The notes: generated by a model not told the origin, from the sequence alone. A DNA stretch of 64,000 bases from Paracoccaceae bacterium (GCA_051859505.1 JBHYFN010000011.1:30892-94891), one strand, 5' to 3'; shown: positions 9,492 through 19,282, numbered from the stretch's first letter. Made by a program: numbers and translations.

Positions 9492-10394
9492 TCAGCTCCC
9501 TTTCAGGGTCGGGTCCAGCGCATCGCGCAATCCATCGCCGAACAGCGTCGTGGCCAGAACCGTGATGGCCAGCGCGGCGGTTGGGAAAACGGCCATGTGC
9601 CAGTAGAAATACATGAAATTCATGCCGGTATTGATCATCTGCCCCCAGCTGGGCGTGGGCGGCATGACGCCGATCCCAAGGAAGGACAAGGACGCCTCAA
9701 GCATCATCGCCAGCGGGATCGCCAGCACGAAACCCACGATGATGGGCGAAACCGCGTTGGGGATCAGGTGCTTGCGGATGATATAGCCGGGGCTGGCGCC
9801 AAGCGCCTGGGCCGCGCGGACGAATTCCTTTTCCTTGTAGGCCTTGACCTGCGCCCGCACCAGAAGACAGACCTGCACCCAGCCGAACAGCCCCGCGATC
9901 ACCACGATGGTCAGGAAGCCGCCCCGCGTGACGGCGGCCAGAAGCATCGCGGCCAGAAGCGGCGGGACGACGGAAAAGATCTCGATGATGCGCATGACGA
10001 CCCAATCCGTCTTGCCGCCGTAATAGCCCGCCAGCGCCCCCAGCGGGATGCCGATCAGGATCGAACAGAAGGCCGCCGCAAAGCCGATGGTCAGCGACAC
10101 CCGCGCGCCATAGACGATGCGGGTAAAGAAATCGCGTCCCAGATCGTCGACCCCGAACCAGAACTCGGCCGAAGGGGGCGCAAGCGCCTGGGTCAGAAAG
10201 GCCTGCTGGTTCGGCCCGGTCTTGGTGACAAGCGGCGCGAAGATCGCCAGAAGGATCAGCACGCCCAGCACCACCCCCCCCGCCACGGCGGCCTTGTTGG
10301 CCGAAAACCGCTTCCAGGCGAACCACATCGGGCTGCGCTGCCGCCCCTTGGGCGGGGCCGCGGGCGGGGCAAGGTCGGTTGCGGTCAGGCTCAT
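9492..10394 (-). CDS. ABC transporter permease (DppC/OppC-like)
   Basis: Start taken at internal ATG (MSLTATDL...), which gives an ATGA overlap with the upstream permease. WFGVDDLGRDFFTRIVYGARVSL and EAS-LSFLG-IG motifs. The 438-aa ORF-track version has a spurious N-terminal extension. Confidence 0.88.
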   Translation of the reverse strand: MSLTATDLAPPAAPPKGRQRSPMWFAWKRFSANKAAVAGGVVLGVLILLAIFAPLVTKTGPNQQAFLTQALAPPSAEFWFGVDDLGRDFFTRIVYGARVSLTIGFAAAFCSILIGIPLGALAGYYGGKTDWVVMRIIEIFSVVPPLLAAMLLAAVTRGGFLTIVVIAGLFGWVQVCLLVRAQVKAYKEKEFVRAAQALGASPGYIIRKHLIPNAVSPIIVGFVLAIPLAMMLEASLSFLGIGVMPPTPSWGQMINTGMNFMYFYWHMAVFPTAALAITVLATTLFGDGLRDALDPTLKGS

Positions 10395-11323
10395 TGCTTG
10401 CGCCCTCCGTTGCGGATGCGGGGGTTGAGGGCCGCGTAGAGGATATCGGAGATGATATAGGCCACGCAGAACAGAAGCGTCAGGATCAGCATGAGCGCCA
10501 TCTCGGTCGGATAGTCGCGGGTGCGGATCGACGAGACGAAATAGGATCCCAGCCCCGGCACCCGGAACATCGCCTCGACGAAGATCGACCCGGTCGCCGT
10601 GCCGATGAACATCGGCAGGAACACCGTCACCATCGGGATCGCCGAATTGCGCAGGACATGGGTATAGACGATCCGCCCCTCGGACAGGCCCTTGGCGCGC
10701 AGCACGGTGACGAAGGGCTTGTTGAGCGTGTCGAGCATGGCCGAGCGGGTGTAGCGGGCATAGGTCGCGAGCGGAATCGTCGCATAGGCGGCGATCGGCA
10801 GCACCCATTTATGCGGCTCGGGCCAGCCGCTGGACGGGAACCAGCCCAGCCAGACGGCAAAGACGAGGATCAGGATCATCGAGGTGACGAAGACCGGGAT
10901 CGTCAGGCCCAAGGTCGCCACGGCCGAGGCGAGGTAGTCGATCCATGTGTTGCGGTTGAGCGCGGCCGCGATCCCCAGCAGGATGCCCAGCGGCGCCCCG
11001 ATCAGCACGCCGAGGCCGCCCAGCACAAGGCTCGGGATCCAGGCCTGCGACAGAAGCGACATGACGGTTTCGCCCGGCGCCTGGAACGGCACCCCGAAAT
11101 CGCCTTGAAGAACGCCGCCCATATATTTGAAATACTGCACATAAAGCGGCTGATCGAGGCCGTATTGCGCCATCATCCTTTCGCGCACCGCGGGCGGCAG
11201 CGGCATCTCGCCGCCGTCGAAGGGCCCGCCGGGGATCGAATGCATCATCAGGAAGATGATGACCGAGACGATGAAAAAGGTCGCGGCGACCGAGATCAGC
11301 CGCTGCAGGATGAAGCCGGTCAT
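10391..11323 (-). CDS. ABC transporter permease (DppB/OppB-like)
   Basis: 310 aa. MTGFILQRLISVAATFFIVSVIIFLMMH N-terminus is typical of DppB/OppB. ATGA overlaps at both ends. Confidence 0.9.
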   Translation of the reverse strand: MTGFILQRLISVAATFFIVSVIIFLMMHSIPGGPFDGGEMPLPPAVRERMMAQYGLDQPLYVQYFKYMGGVLQGDFGVPFQAPGETVMSLLSQAWIPSLVLGGLGVLIGAPLGILLGIAAALNRNTWIDYLASAVATLGLTIPVFVTSMILILVFAVWLGWFPSSGWPEPHKWVLPIAAYATIPLATYARYTRSAMLDTLNKPFVTVLRAKGLSEGRIVYTHVLRNSAIPMVTVFLPMFIGTATGSIFVEAMFRVPGLGSYFVSSIRTRDYPTEMALMLILTLLFCVAYIISDILYAALNPRIRNGGRKQ

Positions 11324-12264
11324 GTCAGGATCGCCTCCAGCAGATGGCCCGGCGCAACCTCGACCAGGCGGGGCACGGGCTGCGGGGCCAGCCCCAGATC
11401 GGCGGCCGACAGGCGCGGGGTCGCCGCCTCAAGCTCGGCCCGCGTGCGGAAGGTGCGATGCCGCCGCTCGCGCGGATGGGCGGCGGGGATCGCGTCGAGC
11501 AGCGAGACGGTATAGGGATGGCGCGGATCGGCGAAGATCGCCTCGGTCGGCGCCTGTTCCACGATCCGCCCGTTGAACATCACCGCGACCGTATCGGTCA
11601 GCGAACGCACGACCGACAGGTCATGGCTGATGAACAGGATCGACAGGCCCATTTCGGCCTGCAAGTCCTGCAAAAGGTTGATGATCTGCGCCTTGACCGA
11701 GACATCCAGCGCCGAGGTCGGCTCATCCGCGATCAGGACCTGCGGCTTGAGGATCAGGGCCCGCGCAATCGCCACCCGCTGCCGTTGCCCTCCCGAAAGC
11801 TCATGGGGATAGCGGTTGCCGTAACTGCGGTGCAGGCCCACCCTTTCGAGCCAGTCCAGCGCCTGCACCTCACGCTCGCGCGCCGATCCCATCCCATGGA
11901 TTTCAAGCGGTTGCGCGACGATCCTGGCAAGGGTGAACATCGGGTCCAGCGCCGAATAGCTGTCCTGGAACACCACCTGCATCTTGCGCCGATGGGGTTT
12001 CAGCGCTGCCGCCGGCAGGCGGGTGATATCGGTGCCGTCCAGCAGGATCTGCCCGCCCGACGGCTCGGTCAGGCGCAGGGCGACCATGCCGGTCGTGGTC
12101 TTGCCCGACCCGCTTTCGCCCACCAGCCCGACGATGGCATTCTTCGGCACCACCAGATCGACCGCGCGCACCGCCTGAAGCTTTTGCGGCGGCTTGAACC
12201 AGCCCCCGCCCGGCAGCGAAAACTCCTTGCTCAGCCCCCGCAGTTCCAGCGCCGCGACCGTCAT
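11320..12264 (-). CDS. ABC transporter ATP-binding protein (DppF/OppF-like)
   Basis: Start at internal ATG ([15 protein letters not shown]). Walker A GESGSGKT, signature LSGGQRQR, Walker B LIADEP. ATGA overlap with the upstream ATPase. Confidence 0.9.
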   Translation of the reverse strand: MTVAALELRGLSKEFSLPGGGWFKPPQKLQAVRAVDLVVPKNAIVGLVGESGSGKTTTGMVALRLTEPSGGQILLDGTDITRLPAAALKPHRRKMQVVFQDSYSALDPMFTLARIVAQPLEIHGMGSAREREVQALDWLERVGLHRSYGNRYPHELSGGQRQRVAIARALILKPQVLIADEPTSALDVSVKAQIINLLQDLQAEMGLSILFISHDLSVVRSLTDTVAVMFNGRIVEQAPTEAIFADPRHPYTVSLLDAIPAAHPRERRHRTFRTRAELEAATPRLSAADLGLAPQPVPRLVEVAPGHLLEAILT

Positions 12265-13220
12265 GTCAGCCTCCAGCAGGCGGCGCGCGCGCCGGGGCCG
12301 GTCTGTATCACCGGCGGCATCTCGGCGGCGCACCGCGCATCGGCTTGGGTGCAGCGGGGATGGAACGGGCAGCCTGCGGGCGGGTTCGAGGGATCGGGCG
12401 AGCCTCCGGGGATCTCGACCAGCCGCTTGCCCGGCGCAAGACCGGGCATCGAGGCCATCAGCGCCGCCGTGTAAGGATGCTTCGGCCCGTCGAAGATCGC
12501 TTCGACCGGCGCCTCTTCCATGACGCGTCCGCCATACATGACGACAACGCGGTCCACCGTCTCGGCGATCACGCCAAGGTCATGGGTGATCATCACCAGG
12601 CCCATGCCAAGTTCGGCCTGCAATTCCTTGATAAGCTGCAATATCTGCGCCTGAACCGTTACATCCAACGCGGTCGTGGGTTCATCGGCGAACAGCACCC
12701 GCGGCTGGCAGGACAGCGCCATCGCGATCATCGCGCGCTGCAGCATGCCGCCCGAAAGCTGGTGCGGATAGCTGTCGGCCACGGCGGCCGGGTTGCGGAT
12801 CTCGACCCTTGCAAGAAGCGCCTCGGCCTCGGCCCGTGCTTGCCCCTTGGTCACGTCGCGATGGGCGCGGATCGTCTCGCCAATCTGGTAGCCGATGGTG
12901 AAGACGGGGTCGAAGGCGGTCATCGGATCCTGGAACACCATCGCCGCGATCCGGCCCCGCAGGCTGGCCAGCTTGCGCTTGTCGGCGGCCAGCATGTCGG
13001 TGCCGTCAACGTTCAGGCGGGTCGCCGTGATCCGGGCGGGCGGCTGGCGCAACAGGCGCAGCGCCGCCATGCAGGTGACGGATTTGCCCGAACCGCTTTC
13101 CCCCACGATGCCAAGGCTTTCGCCGGCATCGACATGGAACGAGGCCCCGCGCACCGCCTGCACCACGCCATCGGCCTGCGGAAAACTCACCTCGAGGTCG
13201 GAGATCTCGACCAGATGCAT
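12261..13220 (-). CDS. ABC transporter ATP-binding protein (DppD/OppD-like)
   Basis: Start at internal ATG ([13 protein letters not shown]). [22 protein letters not shown], and an oligopeptide-type C-terminal domain (CPFHPRC). Confidence 0.9.
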   Translation of the reverse strand: MHLVEISDLEVSFPQADGVVQAVRGASFHVDAGESLGIVGESGSGKSVTCMAALRLLRQPPARITATRLNVDGTDMLAADKRKLASLRGRIAAMVFQDPMTAFDPVFTIGYQIGETIRAHRDVTKGQARAEAEALLARVEIRNPAAVADSYPHQLSGGMLQRAMIAMALSCQPRVLFADEPTTALDVTVQAQILQLIKELQAELGMGLVMITHDLGVIAETVDRVVVMYGGRVMEEAPVEAIFDGPKHPYTAALMASMPGLAPGKRLVEIPGGSPDPSNPPAGCPFHPRCTQADARCAAEMPPVIQTGPGARAACWRLT

Positions 13221-13332
13221 CGTGCCTGCGCCTGTGATTTTCGGGAAAGGTGCCCCGATCCGCTGCAAGGCGCAACAGGCCGGGGCAAGTTGCCCGCCCC
13301 CGAAGGGACAGGCAGGGAGAACCCCCTAAGGG

Positions 13333-14952
13333 TCAGTCGGCCACTTCGACATTTGCGTAGAAATACGGCACCATGCGGTTAAGCGGCGTCATCCCGTTCG
13401 AGTTCGGCTCGACCCCCGGCCCCGAAAGGCGGTCGCCGACAACGAACATCTGGATCGGATGGACCAGCGGCACGATCGAGGCATTGTCGATCATCACCTG
13501 CTCGGCCTGCCGATACAGCTCGAAACGCTCGTCCCAATCGGGGCTGGCATCGGCGGCGGCGACCAGTTCGTCATATTCGGGGATCCGGTGGTCATGACGG
13601 CCGCCGTTGAAGAAGATCCCGTAGAAGTTCGACGGGTCGATGTAGTCATATTCATACGGAGCAAGGAACAGGTTGTTTTCCTTGTTCAGCATGGCCTGCA
13701 TCCAGTCCTGGATCGGCATGACGCGGATGTTCATGGTGATCCCGAGGTGTTCCTCGAACTGGGCCTGCAGATATTGCAGCATCGGCGGCGTGATCGCGCC
13801 GTTGTAGCCGCCCTGGTCGCGATACCAGATCTCGACCTCGGGGAAGCCCTCGCCGCCCGGATAACCGGCCGCGGCCAGATGTTCGCGCGCGCGTTCCGGG
13901 TCGAAGACGGCCTGGGCCACGATCTCTTCGTTATAGCCGGGGTAGGAGGGCGGCAGGATGGAGCCTGCCGGCACCGCGAGGTTGCGCAGCACGGTGTCGG
14001 TCATCTCTTCACGGTTGACCGCGTAGTAAAGCGCCTTGCGCACGTCCACATTGTCGAACGGCGGGCTGTCCATGTCGAACGAGATGTAGGAGGTGGCGAA
14101 GATCGCGTTCTGCCGGATCATGTCGGGCATACGCTGCTCGACAAAGGGGATCTGGCCTGCGTTGAGGAAGGCGAAATCCGTCTCGCCGGCCAGGAAGGCG
14201 GGCAGGCCGACTTCGGGCGCGCCAAGCGAGGGGTCGATGACGACCCGATCCACCTGCGCGGGCCAGGGGCCGGTATAGGCCTCGTTCTTCACCAGAACCA
14301 TGCGGTTGTTCGACCGTTCCCAGCTTTCCAGCGTGAAGGCGCCCGAGGCGACGATCGTGTCGACGCTGGTGGCCCAGTCATCGCCATGCTGCTCGTACAT
14401 ATGGACGGGGACCGGATACCAGAGGCTGACCACCGAGGGCAGATAGGGCTTGGGCGAAGAGGTCGTGACCCGGATCGTCAGATCATCCACCGCCTCGAGG
14501 CCAAGCGCCTCGACCCCGGCCTCGCCCGAGGTGACTTCGGGCCAGCCGGCGATGCCGCCCGCGAAATCCCAGTACCAGGCAAAGTCATAGCCCGTGGTCG
14601 CCGCGCGCTCGAGCGCGAAGACGAAATCATTGGCCGTCAGCGGCTCGCCATCCGAGAAGGTCAGCCCCTCGCGGAGCGTGAAGGTCCAGGTCAGCCCGTC
14701 CTCGGACTGTTCCCAGCTTTCGGCGGCAAGGCCGTGCAGCTCGAACTCGGCGTCGAAGCTGGTCAGCGGAAGCTGCACCATCTCGGGGTTGCCGGCGCGG
14801 GCATAGACCGTCTTCATGTAGTCGAAATAGGTCCCGCTGGTATTGTCGCCGGGGGCATTCACCGTGCTTTGCGCCGCGGCAGGCGCGGCAAGACCCACGG
14901 CGATCGCCACGGCACCGGCCCAGGTCAGGCTGGTCGTGCGAAGATACGACAT
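13333..14952 (-). CDS. ABC transporter substrate-binding protein, family 5 (peptide/nickel/opine type)
   Basis: The first listed codon (14956-14958) is TTG. The ATG at 14950-14952 gives MSYLRTTSLTWAGAVAIAVGLAAPAAAQ, a signal peptide. Body matches SBP_bac_5 (LAESWEQSEDGLTWTFTLREGLTFSDGEPLTA). Confidence 0.88.
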   Translation of the reverse strand: MSYLRTTSLTWAGAVAIAVGLAAPAAAQSTVNAPGDNTSGTYFDYMKTVYARAGNPEMVQLPLTSFDAEFELHGLAAESWEQSEDGLTWTFTLREGLTFSDGEPLTANDFVFALERAATTGYDFAWYWDFAGGIAGWPEVTSGEAGVEALGLEAVDDLTIRVTTSSPKPYLPSVVSLWYPVPVHMYEQHGDDWATSVDTIVASGAFTLESWERSNNRMVLVKNEAYTGPWPAQVDRVVIDPSLGAPEVGLPAFLAGETDFAFLNAGQIPFVEQRMPDMIRQNAIFATSYISFDMDSPPFDNVDVRKALYYAVNREEMTDTVLRNLAVPAGSILPPSYPGYNEEIVAQAVFDPERAREHLAAAGYPGGEGFPEVEIWYRDQGGYNGAITPPMLQYLQAQFEEHLGITMNIRVMPIQDWMQAMLNKENNLFLAPYEYDYIDPSNFYGIFFNGGRHDHRIPEYDELVAAADASPDWDERFELYRQAEQVMIDNASIVPLVHPIQMFVVGDRLSGPGVEPNSNGMTPLNRMVPYFYANVEVAD

Positions 14953-15066
14953 GTGCAAACTCCCTCGTTGGTCGCCCGGACGGAACGACGCGCCCCGCCC
15001 TGTCAGCCCCGCCGGATCCCTGTCACGGTCGGGGCGATTCCGGTATCAGTCCACCGTCCTCGGAAT

Positions 15067-15076
15067 ATGTCTGACA
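15067..15076. promoter_or_regulatory. Candidate GntR-type operator (ATGTCTGACA, core palindrome TGTC-T-GACA), copy 1
   Basis: Read directly, about 115 bp upstream of the SBP start. The identical 10-mer recurs at 15156-15165. GntR-family operators classically have a GT-N(x)-AC palindromic core. Confidence 0.35.
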
Positions 15077-15127
15077 TTTGCCTTCCTCTTTGGCAACAGA
15101 TTTGACTTTCCACATAAATGAATGAAA

Positions 15128-15146
15128 CCAGCGGCTTGGCCGCTGG
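15128..15146 (-). terminator. Rho-independent terminator candidate downstream of the Gfo/Idh/MocA gene
   Basis: ccagcggc-ttgg-ccgctgg hairpin. On the minus strand it is followed by TTTCATTCATTT. Confidence 0.45.
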
Positions 15147-15155
15147 CTTCAAAAA

Positions 15156-15165
15156 ATGTCTGACA
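15156..15165. promoter_or_regulatory. Candidate GntR-type operator (ATGTCTGACA), copy 2
   Basis: Identical 10-mer to 15067-15076, placed on the other side of the terminator hairpin. Confidence 0.3.
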
Positions 15166-15185
15166 AATTTCCGGCAGGGGTCGCG

Positions 15186-15224
15186 CCGGATCACCCGCCG
15201 GATCACCCGCCGGATCACCCGCCG
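15186..15224. repeat. Perfect tandem repeat, 12 bp x 3.25 (ccggatcacccg)
   Basis: Read directly. The rightmost unit contains the last codons and the TGA stop (15215-15217) of the oxidoreductase. Each further unit carries another in-frame TGA. Confidence 0.9.
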
Positions 15225-16318
15225 TCGAGCACCCCCTTGGGCAGCCCCGCCACCATCGCGGCGGGCCGCTCGGCGGGATGGCTCAGCGTGATCCGCTGCC
15301 CCGCCTCGCCCGAGCGCAGGATCGCCTCCATGATCTCGAGCACATGGAGCGCCAGATCCAGCCCCGCGCGGTGCGGCCGCCCGGCACGAATCGCGGTCGC
15401 CATGTCGGCCAGGCCGAGGATTCGGTAATTGTCGTCGCCATAGCCATGCGCCTGGGCAAGCTCGCGCCACTCGCCCTTGCCATCGGCCACCATCACCGCC
15501 CCGTCAAAACGGTTGGGATCGGGCACGATCATCGCGCCGGTGCGGCCGTAAAGCTCGATATGGTTGTGGTCATGTTTCCAGACATCGAAACTCGTGGTGA
15601 TCGTCACCTGCGCGCCATTCTCGAAATCGAGGATGCCCGAGATATGGGTCGGCACCTCGACGCTCACCACCTCGCCCGCGCGCGGCCCCGAAGCGATGGT
15701 CCGCGTCTCATGCGCGCGGGCCACGGCGCCGGTCACGGCGCGCACCGGGCCGATCATGTTGACCAGACAGGTCAGGTAATAGGGCCCCATGTCCAGCATC
15801 GGGCCGCCCCCGGCCTTGTAGTAGAAATCGGGGTTCGGGTGCCACAGCTCATGCCCCGGCACCATCATATGCGCGCTGCCCGCCACGACCTCGCCGATCA
15901 CGCCCTCGTCCAGCGCCGCCCGCGCCGTCTGGTGCGACCCGCCAAGGAAAGTATCGGGCGCCGATCCCACCCGCAGCCCGGCGGCCTCGGCCGCGGCCAC
16001 CAGCTTGACCGCCTCGGACAGTTCAACCGCCAGCGGCTTTTCCGCATAGACATGCTTGCCGGCGGCGATCACCTGCAGGCCCACCGGCACATGATGCTGC
16101 GGCGTGGTCAGGTTCAGCACCACCTCGATGCGCGGATCGGCCAGAAGGGCCGCCACCTCCATCGCCTCGATGCCATAGGCCTCGGCCTTGGCGCGGGCGG
16201 CTTCCATGTTGATATCGGCGCAGGCCACGATCCGAAGAACCGGAAAGCCCGGGGCCGCCTTCAGATAGGCGTCCGAGATATTGCCCGTGCCGATGATGCC
16301 GATGCCGACGGGGTCCAT
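15215..16318 (-). CDS. Gfo/Idh/MocA-family NAD(P)-dependent oxidoreductase
   Basis: Start at internal ATG (MDPVGIGIIGTGNISDAYL, a Rossmann motif). EKPLA motif present. Confidence 0.88.
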   Translation of the reverse strand: MDPVGIGIIGTGNISDAYLKAAPGFPVLRIVACADINMEAARAKAEAYGIEAMEVAALLADPRIEVVLNLTTPQHHVPVGLQVIAAGKHVYAEKPLAVELSEAVKLVAAAEAAGLRVGSAPDTFLGGSHQTARAALDEGVIGEVVAGSAHMMVPGHELWHPNPDFYYKAGGGPMLDMGPYYLTCLVNMIGPVRAVTGAVARAHETRTIASGPRAGEVVSVEVPTHISGILDFENGAQVTITTSFDVWKHDHNHIELYGRTGAMIVPDPNRFDGAVMVADGKGEWRELAQAHGYGDDNYRILGLADMATAIRAGRPHRAGLDLALHVLEIMEAILRSGEAGQRITLSHPAERPAAMVAGLPKGVLDGG

Positions 16319-16375
16319 GCGTTCCTCCTGATGATGCGCGAGGCGAGGGCTAAGCCCCCGCCCCCGCAGTGTCAA

Positions 16376-17215
16376 TCAGAGCCGCACACCATAGATGCGC
16401 TGCGCGTTGCCCTGCGCGATCGCCGCCGCCTCGTCCTCCGAGAGCCGCGCCAGCACGCCCTCGCAGATGTCGATCCAGGCCGGCATCCCGGTGCCCAGGT
16501 TCACCACCGGCCAGTCGCTGCCCCAAAGGATCCGCGCCGGCCCGAACGCCCCGATCACATGGTCGATCCAGGGGGCCAGCGTCTCGGCATTCGCGGTGCC
16601 GGGCGCGGCATAGGCGCTGATCCCCGAAAGCTTCAGCGTCACATTGTCCAGCCGTGCCATGGCATCGATCCCGTCGCGCCACGAATCGAACGCCCCCCCG
16701 GCGATATCCGGCACGCCGCAGTGATCCAGCACGAAGGACACCTCCGGACAGGCCCGCGCGAGCGCCTCGGCCAGGTGCAACTGATTGGCGCGAAAGCACA
16801 TGTCGAAGACGCGGCCCTTCGCCCCGACCTTGCGGATATTGGCGCGAAAGCCCTCGGCCTCCGACATCCCGTCACCGACCACATGCAGGATGCGCCGGAA
16901 GCCCACGACCCCCAGCCCCTCGCATTCCTCAAGCCAGGCGTCGAAACCCGCCTCCTCCTCCGGCCGGCACGAGGCGATCTGGCCCAGCAGCCCCTGTTGC
17001 CCGATCAGCGTCGCCACATAGCGCGCCTCGGGCTGGTAGTCGGCCTCATCGACCCCCACCTCCATGAAGATCCGCCCCGCGACCCGGTCGCCCCCCAGCG
17101 CCACCGCATCCTCCAGCGTGAAATCACCCGAGGCCAGCGCCGGCGCGCCTTCCGTCCAGGCATAGCCGAAGCGATCCCGCCAGATCAGATGCAGATGCGT
17201 GTCGATGAATGCCAT
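16376..17215 (-). CDS. Amidohydrolase-2 family protein (sugar-lactonase-like)
   Basis: Start at internal ATG (MAFIDTHLHL). HxH metal motif, DHCG, and WGSDWP are typical of amidohydrolase_2 lactonases such as L-fucono-/L-rhamnono-lactonase-type enzymes. Confidence 0.8.
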   Translation of the reverse strand: MAFIDTHLHLIWRDRFGYAWTEGAPALASGDFTLEDAVALGGDRVAGRIFMEVGVDEADYQPEARYVATLIGQQGLLGQIASCRPEEEAGFDAWLEECEGLGVVGFRRILHVVGDGMSEAEGFRANIRKVGAKGRVFDMCFRANQLHLAEALARACPEVSFVLDHCGVPDIAGGAFDSWRDGIDAMARLDNVTLKLSGISAYAAPGTANAETLAPWIDHVIGAFGPARILWGSDWPVVNLGTGMPAWIDICEGVLARLSEDEAAAIAQGNAQRIYGVRL

Positions 17216-17228
17216 GCTCCCCTCCCTC

Positions 17229-17966
17229 TCAGATATTCGCCCAACCACCGTCGATCACATGCGCGACCCCGGTGGTATAGCTGCTGTCGTCGCTCGCCAG
17301 ATAGGCGACGAGCGCCGCGATCTCCTCGGGCCTGCCGATCCGCCCGATGGGCTGGCGCGCGACGAAGGCGGCCTTCGCGGCCTCGTAATCGCCCGTATCC
17401 CGCAGCCGCTGATCCAGCGAGGGGCTCTCCACCGTCCCCGGACAGATCGCGTTGCAGCGGATGCCCTGGCCCACGAAATCGGCGGCGATGCTCTTGGTCA
17501 GCCCGATCACGCCGGCCTTGGTCGCGCCATAGACAAAGCGGTTGGGCGCCGCGATCACCGACCCCGCCACCGAGGCCATGTTGATGATCGAGCCGCCGCC
17601 GTTGGCGATCATCCCCGGCAGAAAGGCCCGGCACATCCGGTACATGGCCGTCATGTTCAGATCCATGCTGAAGGCCCATTGATCCTCGTCGCAGTCCAGG
17701 ATCGTGCCCGCCGCGACGAAACCGGCGCAGTTGAACAGCACATCCGGCGCCCCCACCGCCGCGACCGCCGCCGCAATGCTCTCGGGCGACCGCACATCCA
17801 GCACCCGCACCTCCAGCCCCTCGGCCGCCAGCTCGGCCAGCGCCGCCTCGTTCACATCGGTTGCCACCACCTGCGCGCCTTCCGCCGCCAGCCGCAGGGC
17901 CGAGGCCCGCCCGATCCCCTGCCCCGCCGCCGTCACCAGCGCCCGCTTGCCCTCAAGTCGTCTCAT
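17229..17966 (-). CDS. Short-chain dehydrogenase/reductase (2-keto-3-deoxy-sugar-acid dehydrogenase-like)
   Basis: 245 aa. TAAGQGIG cofactor motif, catalytic YGATK, and C-terminal DGGW. Confidence 0.88.
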   Translation of the reverse strand: MRRLEGKRALVTAAGQGIGRASALRLAAEGAQVVATDVNEAALAELAAEGLEVRVLDVRSPESIAAAVAAVGAPDVLFNCAGFVAAGTILDCDEDQWAFSMDLNMTAMYRMCRAFLPGMIANGGGSIINMASVAGSVIAAPNRFVYGATKAGVIGLTKSIAADFVGQGIRCNAICPGTVESPSLDQRLRDTGDYEAAKAAFVARQPIGRIGRPEEIAALVAYLASDDSSYTTGVAHVIDGGWANI

Positions 17967-17992
17967 GCATCACCCCAGAGGCCGAACCCCTG

Positions 17993-18084
17993 CCCTTCTT
18001 TTGTTTCCAAATATCCCGGGGGGAGCGGCAAAGCCGCGGGGGGCAGCGCCCCCCAAGCGCAAATTTGCAAAATTTGCGCCCCCC
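17993..18084 (+). repeat. Family-1 dispersed repeat, copy A (includes a Family-2 hairpin at 18057-18079)
   Basis: cccttcttttgtttccaaatatcccgggggg + gcggc-aaa-gccgc + ggggggc-agc-gcccccc + gcgcaaattt-gca-aaatttgcgc. Intergenic between the SDR and uxaA-like genes. Confidence 0.85.
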
Positions 18085-18094
18085 ACCCCAACCC

Positions 18095-19282
18095 TCACAC
18101 CGGCAGACAGGCCGGGCCGATCGGCTCAAAGCTCTTGTAGGTCAGGATGAATTCCTGATGCCCCAGCTCCTCCGATTTCGTCCGCCGCCCCTCGGCCAGC
18201 CCCACCACCCTGCGGTAGATCTCCTCCCCCACCTCCGCCAGCGTGGCCTCCCCCGTCAGGATGCGGCCCGCATTCACGTCCATATCCTCTTCCATCCGCG
18301 CATACATCACCGGATTGGCCGCGATCTTCACCACCGGGGCCAGGGCCGAGCCCACCACCGACCCCCGCCCCGTCACGAAGAGCGTGCAGAGCGCTCCGCT
18401 CGCCATCATCTCCACGATCTCGGCAGTGTCGCTGATATTGGGAAAGCCGAAACGCACCTCGCCATCGGGCACCACATCCATCAGATAGAGCCCCCCCTTC
18501 GGCGGAATATCCCCCGGCTTGATCAGCCCCGAGATCCGCGACTGCCCCGATTTCATGTAGGCGCCCAGCGATTTCTCCTCGATCGTCGTCAGCCCGCCAT
18601 CGGCATTGCCGGCGGCAAACGACCCATACCCCAGCGCCGCATAATAACGGGCCGCCTTCTCCACGCTCGCCCGGATCTCGGCCCCCAGCTCCGGCGTGGC
18701 GGCCCGCGCCTCCATGATCCCCTCGCAGCCGATCAGCTCCCCCGTCTCCTCGAAGATGCAGGCCGCCCCCTCGGACACCAGCCGGTCGAAGGCGATCCCC
18801 GCCGCCGGATTGCCGGTGATCCCGCTCGTCCCGTCCGACCCGCCGCAGACCGTGCCCACGACCAGATCCGACACCGCCATCGGCACCGTCTCCGCCGCCG
18901 CAAGCCTCGGCGCCTGCTCCTCGACAAAGGCCCGCCCGGCGGCGATCGAGGACCGCGTCCCCCCCTCGCCCTGAATGACCACCACCCGCAAGGGCCGCCC
19001 CGAGGCGCGCACCACCCGCTCCAGCGCCGCCCGGTCGAAACTCTCGCAGCCCAGCGAGACAAGCACCACCGCCCCCACATTGGGATGGGTGCAAAGCCGC
19101 TCCATCATCTTCTGCGCATAAGGATTGGGAAAGCAGCCCGGAAAGCCGATCACATGCGCCCGCTCGGGGTCCGCCTCGGCGATCCTGCGGGCCACGTGAT
19201 GGGCGCATTCCACGAGATAGGCCACCGCGATCAGGTTGCGGATCCCCTTGCGCCCGTCCTGCCGAAGATAGCCGCGCATCAT
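18095..19282 (-). CDS. UxaA-family sugar-acid dehydratase, large (C-terminal) subunit
   Basis: 395 aa. MMRGYLRQDGRKGIRN...GCESF...VCGGSDGTSG is typical of the altronate/galactarate dehydratase family. 4-nt overlap with the small subunit. Confidence 0.88.
   Translation of the reverse strand: MMRGYLRQDGRKGIRNLIAVAYLVECAHHVARRIAEADPERAHVIGFPGCFPNPYAQKMMERLCTHPNVGAVVLVSLGCESFDRAALERVVRASGRPLRVVVIQGEGGTRSSIAAGRAFVEEQAPRLAAAETVPMAVSDLVVGTVCGGSDGTSGITGNPAAGIAFDRLVSEGAACIFEETGELIGCEGIMEARAATPELGAEIRASVEKAARYYAALGYGSFAAGNADGGLTTIEEKSLGAYMKSGQSRISGLIKPGDIPPKGGLYLMDVVPDGEVRFGFPNISDTAEIVEMMASGALCTLFVTGRGSVVGSALAPVVKIAANPVMYARMEEDMDVNAGRILTGEATLAEVGEEIYRRVVGLAEGRRTKSEELGHQEFILTYKSFEPIGPACLPV

Noticed and set aside
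9492-10808. N-terminal extensions of ORF-track entries (for example the 438-aa permease, 481-aa MFS, 500-aa RadA, 501-aa Lpd, 513-aa XylB)
   Set aside because: In each case an internal ATG gives a canonical family N-terminus. It often also gives an ATGA overlap with the neighbouring gene or a good SD. The upstream parts are R/G/P-rich and overlap adjacent genes or repeats.
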